A stretch of 64,000 bases of DNA from Eledone cirrhosa (taxonomy: Eukaryota): positions 10,850,001 to 10,914,000 of the forward strand of contig OZ024741.1 in assembly GCA_964016885.1 (NCBI GenBank). Reading direction: 5' to 3'. A program made the translations under genes and the position numbers. Below, one piece after another: positions 47,001-61,930 of this stretch. The notes under the pieces are model-generated. The model had not been told where the DNA came from, searched no databases, and saw only the letters and a program-made list of their open reading frames with translations. The stretch's first letter is position 1. The number at the start of each line of letters is the position of its first letter.

Positions 47001-50000
47001 ATATATTAGTTTACACCGTTTACTGTAGTTATATTGTACTTTGTACTGTTTACTGTAGACATATTGTACTTTATACTGTTTAGTGTAGATATATTGTACT
47101 TTACACTGTTTACTGTTGATATATTGTACTTTATACTGTTTACTGTAGACATATTGTACTTTACACTGTTTACTGTAGATATATTGTAGTTTACACTGTT
47201 AACTGTAGATATATTGTACTTTACACTGTTTACTGTAGATATATTGTACTTTATACTGTTTACTGTAGACATGTTGTACTTTACACTGTTTACTGTAGAT
47301 ATATTATACTTTACACTGTTTACTGTAGATATATTGTACTTTACACTGTTTACTGTAGATATATTGTACTTTACACTGTTTACTGCAGATATATTGTAAT
47401 TTACATTGTTTACTGTAGATGTATTGTACTTTATACTGTTTACTGTAGACATATTGTACTTTATACTGTTTACTGTAGATATATTGTACTTTACACTGTT
47501 AACTGTAGATATATTGTACTTTATACTGTTTACTGTAGATATATTGTACTTTATACTGTTTACTGTAGACATGTTGTACTTTACACTGTTTACTGTAGAT
47601 ATATTATACTTTACACTGTTTACTGTAGATATATTGTACTTTACACTGTTTACTGTAGATATATTGTACTTTACACTGTTTACTGCAGATATATTGTAAT
47701 TTACATTGTTTACTGTAGTTGTATTGTACTTTATACTGTTTACTGTAGACATATTGTACTTTATACTGTTTACTGTAGACATGTTGTACTTTACACTGTT
47801 CACTGTAGATATATTGTACTTTACACTGTTTACCGTAGATACATTGTACTTTACACGGTTTACTGAACATATATTGTACTTTACACTGTTTATAGTAGAT
47901 ATATTGTACTTTACACTATTTACTGTAGATATATTCTACTTTACACTGTTCACTCTAGATATATTGTATTTTATACTGTTTACTGTAGATATATTGTACT
48001 TTATACTGTTTACTGTAGATATATTGTACTTTATACTGTTTACTGTAGATATATTGTACTTTATACTCTTTACTGTAGACATATTGTACTTTATACTGTT
48101 TACTGTAGATATATTGTACTTTACACTGTTTACTGTAGATATATTGTACTTTACACTGTTTACTGTAGATATATTGTACTTTATACTGTTTACAGTAGAT
48201 ATATTGTACTTTACACTGTTTACTGTAGATATATTGTACTTTATACTGTTCACTGTAGATATATTGTACTTTACACTGTAGATATATTGTAAATTACTGT
48301 AGATATATTGTACTTTACACTGTTTACTGTAGATATATTGTAATTTACACTGTTTACTGTAGATATATTGTACTTTTATACTGTTCACTGTAGATATATT
48401 GTACTTTACATTGTTTACTGTAGATATATTATACTTTACACTGTTTACTGTAGATATATTGTACTTTACACTGTTTACTGTAGATATATTGTACTTTATA
48501 CTGTTTACTGTAGATATATTGTACTTTATACTCTTTACTGTAGATATATTGTAGTTTACACTGTTTACTGTAGATATATTGTAGTTACACTGTTCACTGT
48601 AGATATATTGTACTTTACACTGTTTACCGTAGATACATTGTACTTTACACGGTTTACTGAACATATATTGTACTTTACACTGTTTATAGTAGATATATTG
48701 TACTTTACACTATTTACTGTAGATATATTCTACTTTACACTGTTCACTCTAGATATATTGTATTTTATACTGTTTACTGTAGATATATTGTACTTTATAC
48801 TGTTTACTGTAGATATATTGTACTTTATACTGTTTACTGTAGATATATTGTACTTTATACTATTTACTGTAGACATATTGTACTTTATACTGTTTACTGT
48901 AGATATATTGTACTTTACACTGTTTACTGTAGATATATTGTACTTTACACTGTTTACTGTAGATATATTGTACTTTATACTGTTTACAGTAGATATATTG
49001 TACTTTACACTGTTTACTGTAGATATATTATACTTTACACTGTTTACTGTAGATATATTATACTTTACACTGTTTACTGTAGATATATTGTACTTTATAC
49101 TGTTTACTGTAGACATATTGTACTTTACACTATTTTCTGTAGATATATTGTAATTTACACTGTTTACTGTAGATATATTGTACTTTATATTGTTTACTGT
49201 AGACATATTGTACTTTATACTGTTTACTGTAGATATATTGTACTTTACACTGTTTACTGTAGATATATTGTACTTTATACTGTTTACTGTAGACATATTG
49301 TACTTTACACTGTTTACTGGTGAAACATTGTAGTTTACACTGTTTACTGTAGATATATTGTGCTTTGTACTGTTTACTGTAGACATATTGTACTTTACAC
49401 TGTAGATATATTGTACGTTACATTGTTCACTGTAGATGTATTGTACTTTATACTGTCACTGTAGGTATATTGTACTTTACACTGTTTTCTGTAGATATAT
49501 TGTACTTTACACTGTTTACTGTAGATATTTTGTACTTTGCACTGTTTACTGTAGATATATCGTATGTTATACTGTTTACTGTAGATATATTTACTTTATA
49601 GTGTTTACTGTAGATATATTGTACTTTATACTGTTTACTGTAGATATATTGTACTTTACACAGTTTACTGTAGATATATTGTGCGTTACACTGTTCACTG
49701 TAGATATATTGTACTTTAATCTGTTTACAGTAGATACATTGTACTTTACACGGTTTACTGTACATATATTGTACTTTACACTGTTTATAGTAGATATATT
49801 GTACTTTACACTATTTACTGTAGATATATTCTACTTTACACTGTTCACTGTAGATATATTGTACTTTACACTGTTTACAGTAGATATTTTGTACTTTACA
49901 CTGTTTACTGTAGATATATTGTATTTTATACTGTTTACTGTAGATATATTGTACTTTATACTTCTTACTGTAGATATATTGTACTTTATACTGTTCACTG

Positions 50001-53000
50001 TAGATATATTGTACTTTACACTGTAGATATATTGTAATTTACTGTAGATATATTGTACTTTACACTGTTTACTGTAGATATATTGTAATTTACACTGTTT
50101 ACTGTAGATATATTGTACTTTTATACTGTTTATTGTAGATATATTGTACTTTACACTGTTTATTGTAGATATATTGTAATTTACACTGTTTACTGTAGAT
50201 ATATTGTACTTTTATACTGTTCACTGTAGATATATTGTACTTTACATTGTTTACTGTAGATATATTATACTTTACACTGTTTACTGTAGATATATTGTAC
50301 TTTACACTGTTTACTGTAGATATATTGTACTTTATACTGTTTACTGTAGATATATTGTACTTTATACTGTTTACTGTAGATATATTGTAGTTTACACTGT
50401 TTACTGTAGATATATTGTAGTTACATTGTTCACTGTAGATATATTGTACTTTACACTGTTTACCGTAGATACATTGTACTTTACACGGTTTACTGAACAT
50501 ATATTGTACTTTACACTGTTTATAGTAGATATATTGTACTTTACACTATTTACTGTAGATATATTCTACTTTACACTGTTCACTCTAGATATATTGTATT
50601 TTATACTGTTTACTGTAGATATATTGTACTTTATACTGTTTACTGTAGATATATTGTACTTTATACTGTTTACTGTAGATATATTGTACTTTATACTATT
50701 TACTGTAGACATATTGTACTTTATACTGTTTACTGTAGATATATTGTACTTTACACTGTTTACTGTAGATATATTGTACTTTACACTGTTTACTGTAGAT
50801 ATATTGTACTTTATACTGTTTACTGTAGATATATTATACTTTACACTGTTTACTGTAGATATATTATACTTTACACTGTTTACTGTAGATATATTGTACT
50901 TTATACTGTTTACTGTAGACATATTGTACTTTACACTGTTTGCGGTAGATATATTGTAATTTACACTGTTTACTGTAGATATATTGTACTTTATGTTGTT
51001 TACTGTAGACATATTTTACTTTATACTGTTTACTGTAGATATATTGTACTTTACACTGTTTACTGTAGATATATTGTACTTTATACTGTTTACTGTAGAC
51101 ATATTGGACTTTACACTGTTTACTGGAGATACATTGTAGTTTACACTGTTTACTGTAGATATATTGTGCTTTGTACTGTTTACTGTAGACATATTGTACT
51201 TTACACTGTAGATATATTGTACGTTACATTGTTCACTGTAGATGTATTGTACTTTATACTGTCACTGTAGGTATATTGTACTTTACACTGTTTACTGTAG
51301 ATATATTGTACTTTACACTGTTTACTGTAGATATTTTGTACTTTGCACTGTTTACTGTAGATATATCGTATGTTATACTGTTTACTGTAGATATATTTAC
51401 TTTATAGTGTTTACTGTAGATATATTGTACTTTATACTGTTTACTGTAGATATATTGTACTTTACACAGTTTACTGTAGATATATTGTACGTTACACTGT
51501 TCACTGTAGATATATTGTACTTTAATCTGTTTACAGTAGATACATTGTACTTTACACGGTTTACTGTACATATATTGTACTTTACACTGTTTATAGTAGA
51601 TATATTGTACTTTACACTATTTACTGTAGATATATTCTACTTTACACTGTTCACTGTAGATACATTGTACTTTACACTGTTTACAGTAGATATTTTGTAC
51701 TTTACACTGTTTACTGTAGATATATTGTATTTTATACTGTTTACTGTAGATATATTGTACTTTATACTGTTTACTTTAGATATATTGTACTTTATACTGT
51801 TTTCTGTAGACATATTGTACTTTATACTGTTTACTGTAGATATATTGTACATTACACTGTTTACTGTAGATATATTGTACTTTACACTGTTTACTGTAGA
51901 TATATTGTACTTTACACTGTTTTCTGTAGATATATTATATTTTACACTGTTTACTGTAGATATATTGTACTTTATACTGTTTACTGTAGATATATTGTAC
52001 TTTACACTGTTTACTGTAGATATATTGTAGTTTACACTGTTTACTGTAGATATATTGTACTTTATACTGTTTACTGTAGATATATTGTACTTTACACTGT
52101 TTACTGTAGATATATTGTACTCTATACTGTTTACTGTAGACATATTGTACTTTATACTGTTTACTGTAGATATATTGTACTTTATACTGTAGATATATTG
52201 TACGTTACATTGTTCACTGTAGGTATATTGTACGTTACATTGTTCACTGTAGATGTATTGTACTTTATTCTGTCACTGTAGGTGTAATGTACTTTACACT
52301 GTTTACTGTAGATATATTGTACTTTACACTGTTTACTGTAGATATTTTGTACTTTACACTGTTTAATGTAGATATATTGTATGTTATACTGTTTACTGTA
52401 GACATATTGTACTTTACACTGTTTACTTAAGATATATTGTAGTTTACACTGTTTACTGTAGATATATTGTACTTTGTACTGTTTACTGTAGACATATTGT
52501 ATTTTATACTGTTTACTGTAGATATATTGTACTTTATACTGTTTACTGTAGATATATTATAGTTTACATTGTTCACTGTAGATATATTGTACTTTACACT
52601 GTTTACAGTAGATACATTGTACTTTACACGGTTTACTGTACATATATTGTACTTTAAACTGTTTATAGTAGATATATTGTACTTTACACTATTTACTGTA
52701 GATATATTCTACTTTACACTGTTCACTGTAGATATATTTTACTTTGAACTGTTTACAGTAGATATATTGTACTTTACACTGTTTACTGTAGATATATTGT
52801 ATTTTATACTGTTTACTGTAGATATTATGTACTTTATACTGTTTACTGTAGATATATTGTACTTTATACTATTTACTGTAGACATATTGTACTTTATACT
52901 GTTTACTGTAGATATATTGTACTTTACACTGTTTACTGTAGATATATTGTACTTTATACTGTTTACAGTAGATATATTGTACTTTACACTGTTTACTGTA

Positions 53001-53610
53001 GATATATTATACTTTACACTGTTTACTGTAGATATATTGGACTCTACACTGTTTACAGTAGATATATTATACTTTACACTGTTTACTGTAGACATATTGT
53101 ACTTTATACCGTTTACTGTAGACATATTGTACTTTACACTGTTTACTGTAGATATATTGTAGTTTACACTGTTTACTGTAGATATATTATAGTTTACACT
53201 GTTTACTGTAGATATATTGTACTTTATATTGTTTACTGTAGACATATTGTACTTTATACTGTTTACTATAGATACATTGTACTTTACACTGTTTACTGTA
53301 GATATATTGTACTTTATACTGTTTACTGTAGACATATTGTACTTTATACTGTTTACTGTAAATATATTGTACTTTACACTCTTTACTGTAGATATATTGT
53401 ACTTTATACTGTTTACTGTGGACATATTGTACTTTACACTGTTTACTGGAGATACATTGTAGTTTACACTGTTTACTGTAGATATATTGTACTTTTATAC
53501 TGTTCACTGTAGATATATTGTACTTTACATTGTTTACTGTAGATATATTATACTTTACACTGTTTACTGTAGATATATTGTACTTTACACTGTTTACTGT
53601 AGATATATTG
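44010..53610. repeat. Higher-order segmental duplication, copy 2 (offset 9,613 bp)
   Basis: Colinear with 34400-44000, with scattered private substitutions (e.g. ~45043, ~45123, ~46697, 49321/49324, ~52366). Boundaries are approximate. Confidence 0.9.
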
Positions 53611-56600
53611 TACTTTATGCTGTTTACTGTAGATATATTGTACTTTATACTGTTTACTGTAGATATATTGTAGTTTACACTGTTTACTGTAGATATATTG
53701 TAGTTACACTGTTCACTGTAGATATATTGTACTTTACACTGTTTACCGTAGATACATTGTACTTTACACGGTTTACTGAACATATATTGTACTTTACACT
53801 GTTTATAGTAGATATATTGTACTTTACACTATTTACTGTAGATATATTCTACTTTGCACTGTTCACTCTAGATATATTGTATTTTATACTGTTTACTGTA
53901 GATATATTGTACTTTATACTGTTTACTGTAGATATATTGTACTTTATACTGTTTACTGTAGATATATTGTACTTTATACTGTTTACTGTAGACATATTGT
54001 ACTTTATACTGTTTACTGTAGATATATTGTACTTTACACTGTTTACTGTAGATATATTGTACTTTACAATGTTTACTGTAGATATATTGTACTTTATACT
54101 GTTTACAGTAGATATATTGTACTTTACACTGTTTACTGTAGATATATTATACTTTACACTGTTTACTGTAGATATATTATACTTTACACTGTTTACTGTA
54201 GATATATTGTACTTTATACTGTTTACTGTAGACATATTGTACTTTACACTGTTTGCTGTAGATATATTGTAATTTACACTGTTTACTGTAGATATATTGT
54301 ACTTTATATTGTTTACTGTAGACATATTGTACTTTATACTGTTTACTGTAGATATATTGTACTTTACACTGTTTACTGTAGATATATTGTACTTTATACT
54401 GTTTACTGTAGACATATTGTACTTTACACTGTTTACTGGAGATACATTGTAGTTTACACTGTTTACTGTAGATATATTGTGCTTTGTACTGTTTACTGTA
54501 GACATATTGTACTTTACACTGTAGATATATTGTACGTTACATTGTTCACTGTAGATGTATTGTACTTTATACTGTCACTGTAGGTATATTGTACTTTACA
54601 CTGTTTACTGTAGATATATTGTACTTTACACTGTTTACTGTAGATATTTTGTACTTTGCACTGTTTACTGTAGATATATCGTATGTTATACTGTTTACTG
54701 TAGATATATTTACTTTATAGTGTTTACTGTAGATATATTGTACTTTATACTGTTTACTGTAGATATATTGTACTTTACACTGTTTACTGTCGATATATTG
54801 TATGTTATACTGTTTACTGTAGACATATTGTACTTTACACTGTTTACTGTAGATATATTAGTTTACACCGTTTACTGTAGATATATTGTACTTTGTACTG
54901 TTTACTGTAGACATATTGCACTTTATACTGTTTAGTGTAGATATATTGTACTTTACACTGTTTACTGTTGATATATTGTACTTTATACTGTTTACTGTAG
55001 ACATATTGTACTTTACACTGTTTACTGTAGATATATTGTAGTTTACACTGTTAACTGTAGATATATTGTACTTTACACTGTTTACTGTAGATATATTGTA
55101 CTTTATACTGTTTACTGTAGACATGTTGTACTTTACACTGTTTACTGTAGATATATTGTAGTTTACACTGTTTGCTGTAGATATATTGTACTTTATACTG
55201 TTTACTGTAGATATATTGTACTTTACACTGTTTACTGTAGATATATTGTACTTTATACTGTTTACTGTAGATATATTGTACTTTATACTGTTTACTGTAG
55301 ACATATCGTACCTTATACTGTTTACTGTAGATATATTGTACTTTACACTGTAGATATATTGTACGTTACATTGTTCACTGTAGATGTATTGTACTTTTTA
55401 CTGTCACTGTAGGTATATTGTACTTTACACTGTTTACTGTAGATATATTTTACTTTACACTGTTTACTGTAGATATTTTGTACTTTACACTGTTTACTGT
55501 AGATATATTGTATGTTATACTGTTTACTGTAGATATATTGTACTTTATACTGTTTACTGTAGACATATTGTACTTTACACTGTTTACTGGAGATACATTG
55601 TAGTTTACACTGTTTACTGTAGATATATTGTACTTTGTACTGTTTACTGTAGACATATTGTACTTTATACTGTTTACTGTAGACATATTGTTCTTTACAC
55701 TGTTTACTGTAGATATATTGTTGTTTACACTGTTTACTCTAGATATATTGTACTTTACACTGTAGATATATTGTACGTTACATTGTTCACTGTAGATGTA
55801 TTGTACCTTTTACTGTCACTGTAGGTATATTGTACTTTACACTGTTTACTGTAGATATATTGTACTTTACATTATTTACTGTATGTATTTTGTACTTTAC
55901 ACTGTTTAATGTAGATATATTGTATGTTATACTGTTTACTGTAGATATATTGTACTTTATACTGTTTACTGTAGATATATTGTACTTTATACTGTTTACT
56001 GTAGATATATTGTACTTTTCACTGTTTACTGTAGATATATTGTACGTTACACTGTTCACTGTAGATATATTGTACTTTACACTGTTTACAGTAGATACAT
56101 TGTACTTTACACGGTTTACTGTACATATATTGTACTTTACACTGTTTATAGTAGATATATTGTACTTTACACTATTTACTGTAGATATATTCTACTTTAC
56201 ACTGTTCATTGGAGATATATTGTACTTTACACTGTTTACAGTAGACATACTGTACTTTACACTGTTTACTTTAGATATATTGTATTTTATACTGTTTACT
56301 GTAGACATATTGTACTTTATACTGTTTACTGTAGACATATTGTACTTTACACTGTTTACTGTAGATATATTGTAGTTTACACTGTTACTGTAGATATATT
56401 GTACTTTATACTGTTTACTGTAGATATATTGTACTTTACACTGTTTACTGTAGATATATTGTACTTTATACTGTTTACTGTAGACATATTGTACTTTATA
56501 CTGTTTACTGTAGATATATTGTACTTTACACTGTAGATATATTGTACGTTACATTGTTCACTGTAGGTATATTGTACGTTACATTGTTCACTGTACATGT

Positions 56601-59600
56601 ATTGTACTTTATACTGTCACTGTAGGTGTAATATACTTTACAATGTTTACTGTAGATATATTGTACTTTACACTGTTTACTGTAGATATTTTGTACTTTA
56701 CACTGTTTACTGTAGATATATTGTATGTTACACTGTTTACTGTAGACATATTGTACTTTACACTGTTTACTGAAGATATATTGTAGTTTACACTGTTTAC
56801 TGTAGATATATTGTACTTTGTACTGTTTACTGTAGACATGTTGTACTTTATACTGTTTACTATAGATATATTTTACTTTACACTATTTACTGTAGATATA
56901 TTGTACTTTATACTGTTTACTCTAGATATATTGTAGTTTACACTGTTTACTGTAGATATATTGTACTTTATACTGTTTACTGTAGATATATTATAGTGTA
57001 CATTGTTCACTGTAGATATATTGTACTTTACACTGTTTACAGTAGATACATTGTACTTTACACGGTTTACTGTACATATATTGTACTTTACACTGTTTAT
57101 AGTAGATATATTGTACTTTACACTGTTCACTGTAGATATATTTTACTTTACACTGTTTACAGTAGATATATTGTACTTTACACTGTTTACTGTAGATATA
57201 TTGTACTTTATACTATTTACTGTAGACATATTGTACTTTATACTGTTTACTGTAGATATATTGTACTTTACACTGTTTACTGTAGATATATTGTACTTTA
57301 CAATGTTTACTGTAGATATATTGTACTTTATACTGTTTACAGTAGATATATTGTACTTTACACTGTTTACTGTAGATATATTATACTTTACACTGTTTAC
57401 AGTAGATATATTATACTTTACACTGTTTACTGTAGACATATTGTACTTTATACCGTTTACTGTAGACATATTGTACTTTACACTGTTTACTGTAGATATA
57501 TTGTAGTTTACACTGTTTACTGTAGATATATTATAGTTTACACTGTTTACTGTAGATATATTGTACTTTATATTGTTTACTGTAGACATATTGTACTTTA
57601 TACTGTTTACTATAGATACATTGTACTTTACACTGTTTACTGTAGATATATTGTACTTTATACTGTTGACTGTAGACATATTGTACTTTATACTGTTTAC
57701 TGTAAATATATTGTACTTTACACTCTTTACTGTAGATATATTGTACTTTATACTGTTTACTGTAGACATATTGTACTTTACACTGTTTACTGGAGATACA
57801 TTGTAGTTTACACTGTTTACTGTAGATATATTGTACTTTTATACTGTTCACTGTAGATATATTGTACTTTACATTGTTTACTGTAGATATATTATACTTT
57901 ACACTGTTTACTGTAGATATATTGTACTTTACACTGTTTACTGTAGATATATTGTACTTTATGCTGTTTACTGTAGATATATTGTACTTTATACTGTTTA
58001 CTGTAGATATATTGTAGTTTACACTGTTTACTGTAGATATATTGTAGTTACACTGTTCACTGTAGATATATTGTACTTTACACTGTTTACCGTAGATACA
58101 TTGTACTTTACACGGTTTACTGAACATATATTGTACTTTACACTGTTTATAGTAGATATATTGTACTTTACACTATTTACTGTAGATATATTCTACTTTG
58201 CACTGTTCACTCTAGATATATTGTATTTTATACTGTTTACTGTAGATATATTGTACTTTATACTGTTTACTGTAGATATATTGTACTTTATACTGTTTAC
58301 TGTAGATATATTGTATTTATACTGTTTACTGTAGACATATTGTACTTTATACTGTTTACTGTAGATATATTGTACTTTACACTGTTTACTGTAGATATAT
58401 TGTACTTTACAATGTTTACTGTAGATATATTGTACTTTATACTGTTTACAGTAGATATATTGTACTTTACACTGTTTACTGTAGATATATTATACTTTAC
58501 ACTGTTTACTGTAGATATATTATACTTTACACTGTTTACTGTAGATATATTGTACTTTATACTGTTTACTGTAGACATATTGTACTTTACACTGTTTGCT
58601 GTAGATATATTGTAATTTACACTGTTTACTGTAGATATATTGTACTTTATACTGTTTACTGTAGACATGTTGTACTTTACACTGTTTACTGTAGATATAT
58701 TGTAGTTTACACTGTTTGCTGTAGATATATTGTACGTTACATTGTTCACTGTAGATGTATTGTACTTTATACTGTCACTGTAGGTATATTGTACTTTACA
58801 CTGTTTACTGTAGATATATTGTACTTTACACTGTTTACTGTAGATATTTTGTACTTTGCACTGTTTACTGTAGATATATCGTATGTTATACTGTTTACTG
58901 TAGATATATTTACTTTATAGTGTTTACTGTAGATATATTGTACTTTATACTGTTTACTGTAGATATATTGTACTTTACACTGTTTACTGTCGATATATTG
59001 TATGTTATACTGTTTACTGTAGACATATTGTACTTTACACTGTTTACTGTAGATATATTAGTTTACACCGTTTACTGTAGATATATTGTACTTTGTACTG
59101 TTTACTGTAGACATATTGTACTTTATACTGTTTAGTGTAGATATATTGTACTTTACACTGTTTACTGTTGATATATTGTACTTTATACTGTTTACTGTAG
59201 ACATATTGTACTTTACACTGTTTACTGTAGATATATTGTAGTTTACACTGTTAACTGTAGATATATTGTACTTTACACTGTTTACTGTAGATATATTGTA
59301 CTTTATACTGTTTACTGTAGACATGTTGTACTTTACACTGTTTACTGTAGATATATTGTAGTTTACACTGTTTGCTGTAGATATATTGTACTTTATACTG
59401 TTTACTGTAGATATATTGTACTTTACACTGTTTACTGTAGATATATTGTACTTTATACTGTTTACTGTAGATATATTGTACTTTGTACTGTTTACTGTAG
59501 ACATATTGTACTTTATACTGTTTAGTGTAGATATATTGTACTTTACACTGTTTACTGTTGATATATTGTACTTTATACTGTTTACTGTAGACATATTGTA

Positions 59601-61930
59601 CTTTACACTGTTTACTGTAGATATATTGTAGTTTACACTGTTAACTGTAGATATATTGTACTTTACACTGTTTACTGTAGATATATTGTACTTTATACTG
59701 TTTACTGTAGACATGTTGTACTTTACACTGTTTACTGTAGATATATTGTAGTTTACACTGTTTGCTGTAGATATATTGTACTTTATACTGTTTACTGTAG
59801 ATATATTGTACTTTACACTGTTTACTGTAGATATATTGTACTTTATACTGTTTACTGTAGATATATTGTACTTTATACTGTTTAATGTAGACATATCGTA
59901 CCTTATACTGTTTACTGTAGATATATTGTACTTTACACTGTAGATATATTGTACGTTACATTGTTCACTGTAGATGTATTGTACTTTTTACTGTCACTGT
60001 AGTTATATTGTACTTTACACTGTTTACTGTAGATATATTTTACTTTACACTGTTTACTGTAGATATTTTGTACTTTACACTGTTTACTGTAGATATATTA
60101 TACTTTACACTGTTTACCGTAGATATATTTACTTTATACTGTTTACTGTAGACATATTGTTCTTTACACTGTTTACTGTAGATATATTGTTGTTTACACT
60201 GTTTACTCTAGATATATTGTACTTTACACTGTAGATATATTGTACGTTACATTGTTCACTGTAGATGTATTGTACCTTTTACTGTCACTGTAGGTATATT
60301 GTACTTTACACTGTTTACTGTAGATATATTGTACTTTACATTATTTACTGTATGTATTTTGTACTTTACACTGTTTAATGTAGATATATTGTATGTTATA
60401 CTGTTTACTGTAGATATATTGTACTTTATACTGTTTACTGTAGATATATTGTACTTTATACTGTTTACTGTAGATATATTGTACTTTTCACTGTTTACTG
60501 TATATATATTGTACGTTACACTGTTCACTGTAGATACATTGTACTTTACACTGTTTACAGTAGATACATTGTACTTTACACGGTTTACTGTACATATATT
60601 GTACTTTACACTGTTTATAGTAGATATATTGTACTTTACACTATTTACTGTAGATATATTCTACTTTACACTGTTCATTGGAGATATATTGTACTTTACA
60701 CTGTTTACAGTAGATATACTGTACTTTACACTGTTTACTTTAGATATATTGTATTTTATACTGTTTACTGTAGACATATTGTACTTTATACTGTTTACTG
60801 TAGACATATTGTACTTTACACTGTTTACTGTAGATATATTGTAGTTTACACTGTTACTGTAGATATATTGTACTTTATACTGTTTACTGTAGATATATTG
60901 TACTTTACACTGTTTACTGTAGATATATTGTACTTTATACTGTTTACTGTAGACATATTGTACTTTATACTGTTTACTGTAGATATATTGTACTTTACAC
61001 TGTAGATATATTGTACGTTACATTGTTCACTGTAGGTATATTGTACGTTACATTGTTCACTGTACATGTATTGTACTTTATACTGTCACTGTAGGTGTAA
61101 TATACTTTACAATGTTTACTGTAGATATATTGTACTTTACACTGTTTACTGTAGATATTTTGTACTTTACACTGTTTACTGTAGATATATTGTATGTTAC
61201 ACTGTTTACTGTAGACATATTGTACTTTACACTGTTTACTGAAGATATATTGTAGTTTACACTGTTTACTGTAGATATATTGTACTTTGTACTGTTTACT
61301 GTAGACATGTTGTACTTTATACTGTTTACTATAGATATATTTTACTTTACATTATTTACTGTAGATATATTGTACTTTATACTGTTTACTCTAGATATAT
61401 TGTAGTTTACACTGTTTACTGTAGATATATTGTACTTTATACTGTTTACTGTAGATATATTATAGTTTACATTGTTCACTGTAGATATATTGTACTTTAC
61501 ACTGTTTACAGTAGATACATTGTACTTTACACGGTTTACTGTACATATATTGTACTTTACACTGTTTATAGTAGATATATTGTACTTTACACTGTTCACT
61601 GTAGATATATTTTACTTTACACTGTTTACAGTAGATATATTGTACTTTACACTGTTTACTGTAGATATATTGTATTTTATACTGTTTACTGTAGATATAT
61701 TATACTTTATACTGTTTACTGTAGATATATTGTACTTTATACTATTTACTGTAGACATATTGTACTTTATACTGTTTACTGTAGATATATTGTACTTTAC
61801 ACTGTTTACTGTAGATATATTGTACTTTACAATGTTTACTGTAGATATATTGTACTTTATACTGTTTACAGTAGATATATTGTACTTTACACTGTTTACT
61901 GTAGATATATTATACTTTACACTGTTTACT
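52850..61930. repeat. Diverged ~4.2-4.5-kb tandem duplication near the 3' end
   Basis: Offsets are +4,344 (53217/57561, 53487/57831), +4,200 (54555/58755) and +4,469 (55830/60299, 56377/60846, 57003/61472). Shared variants include TATGTATTTT, TTCATTGGAG and GTAATATAC. Confidence 0.82.
59080..59860. repeat. 390-bp (13-monomer) local tandem duplication
   Basis: The variant series CTTTGTAC (59091/59481), TTTAGTG, GTTGAT, GTTAAC, GACATG, TTTGCTG recurs at +390. The paralogous block at ~54890-55280 has a single copy. Confidence 0.88.
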
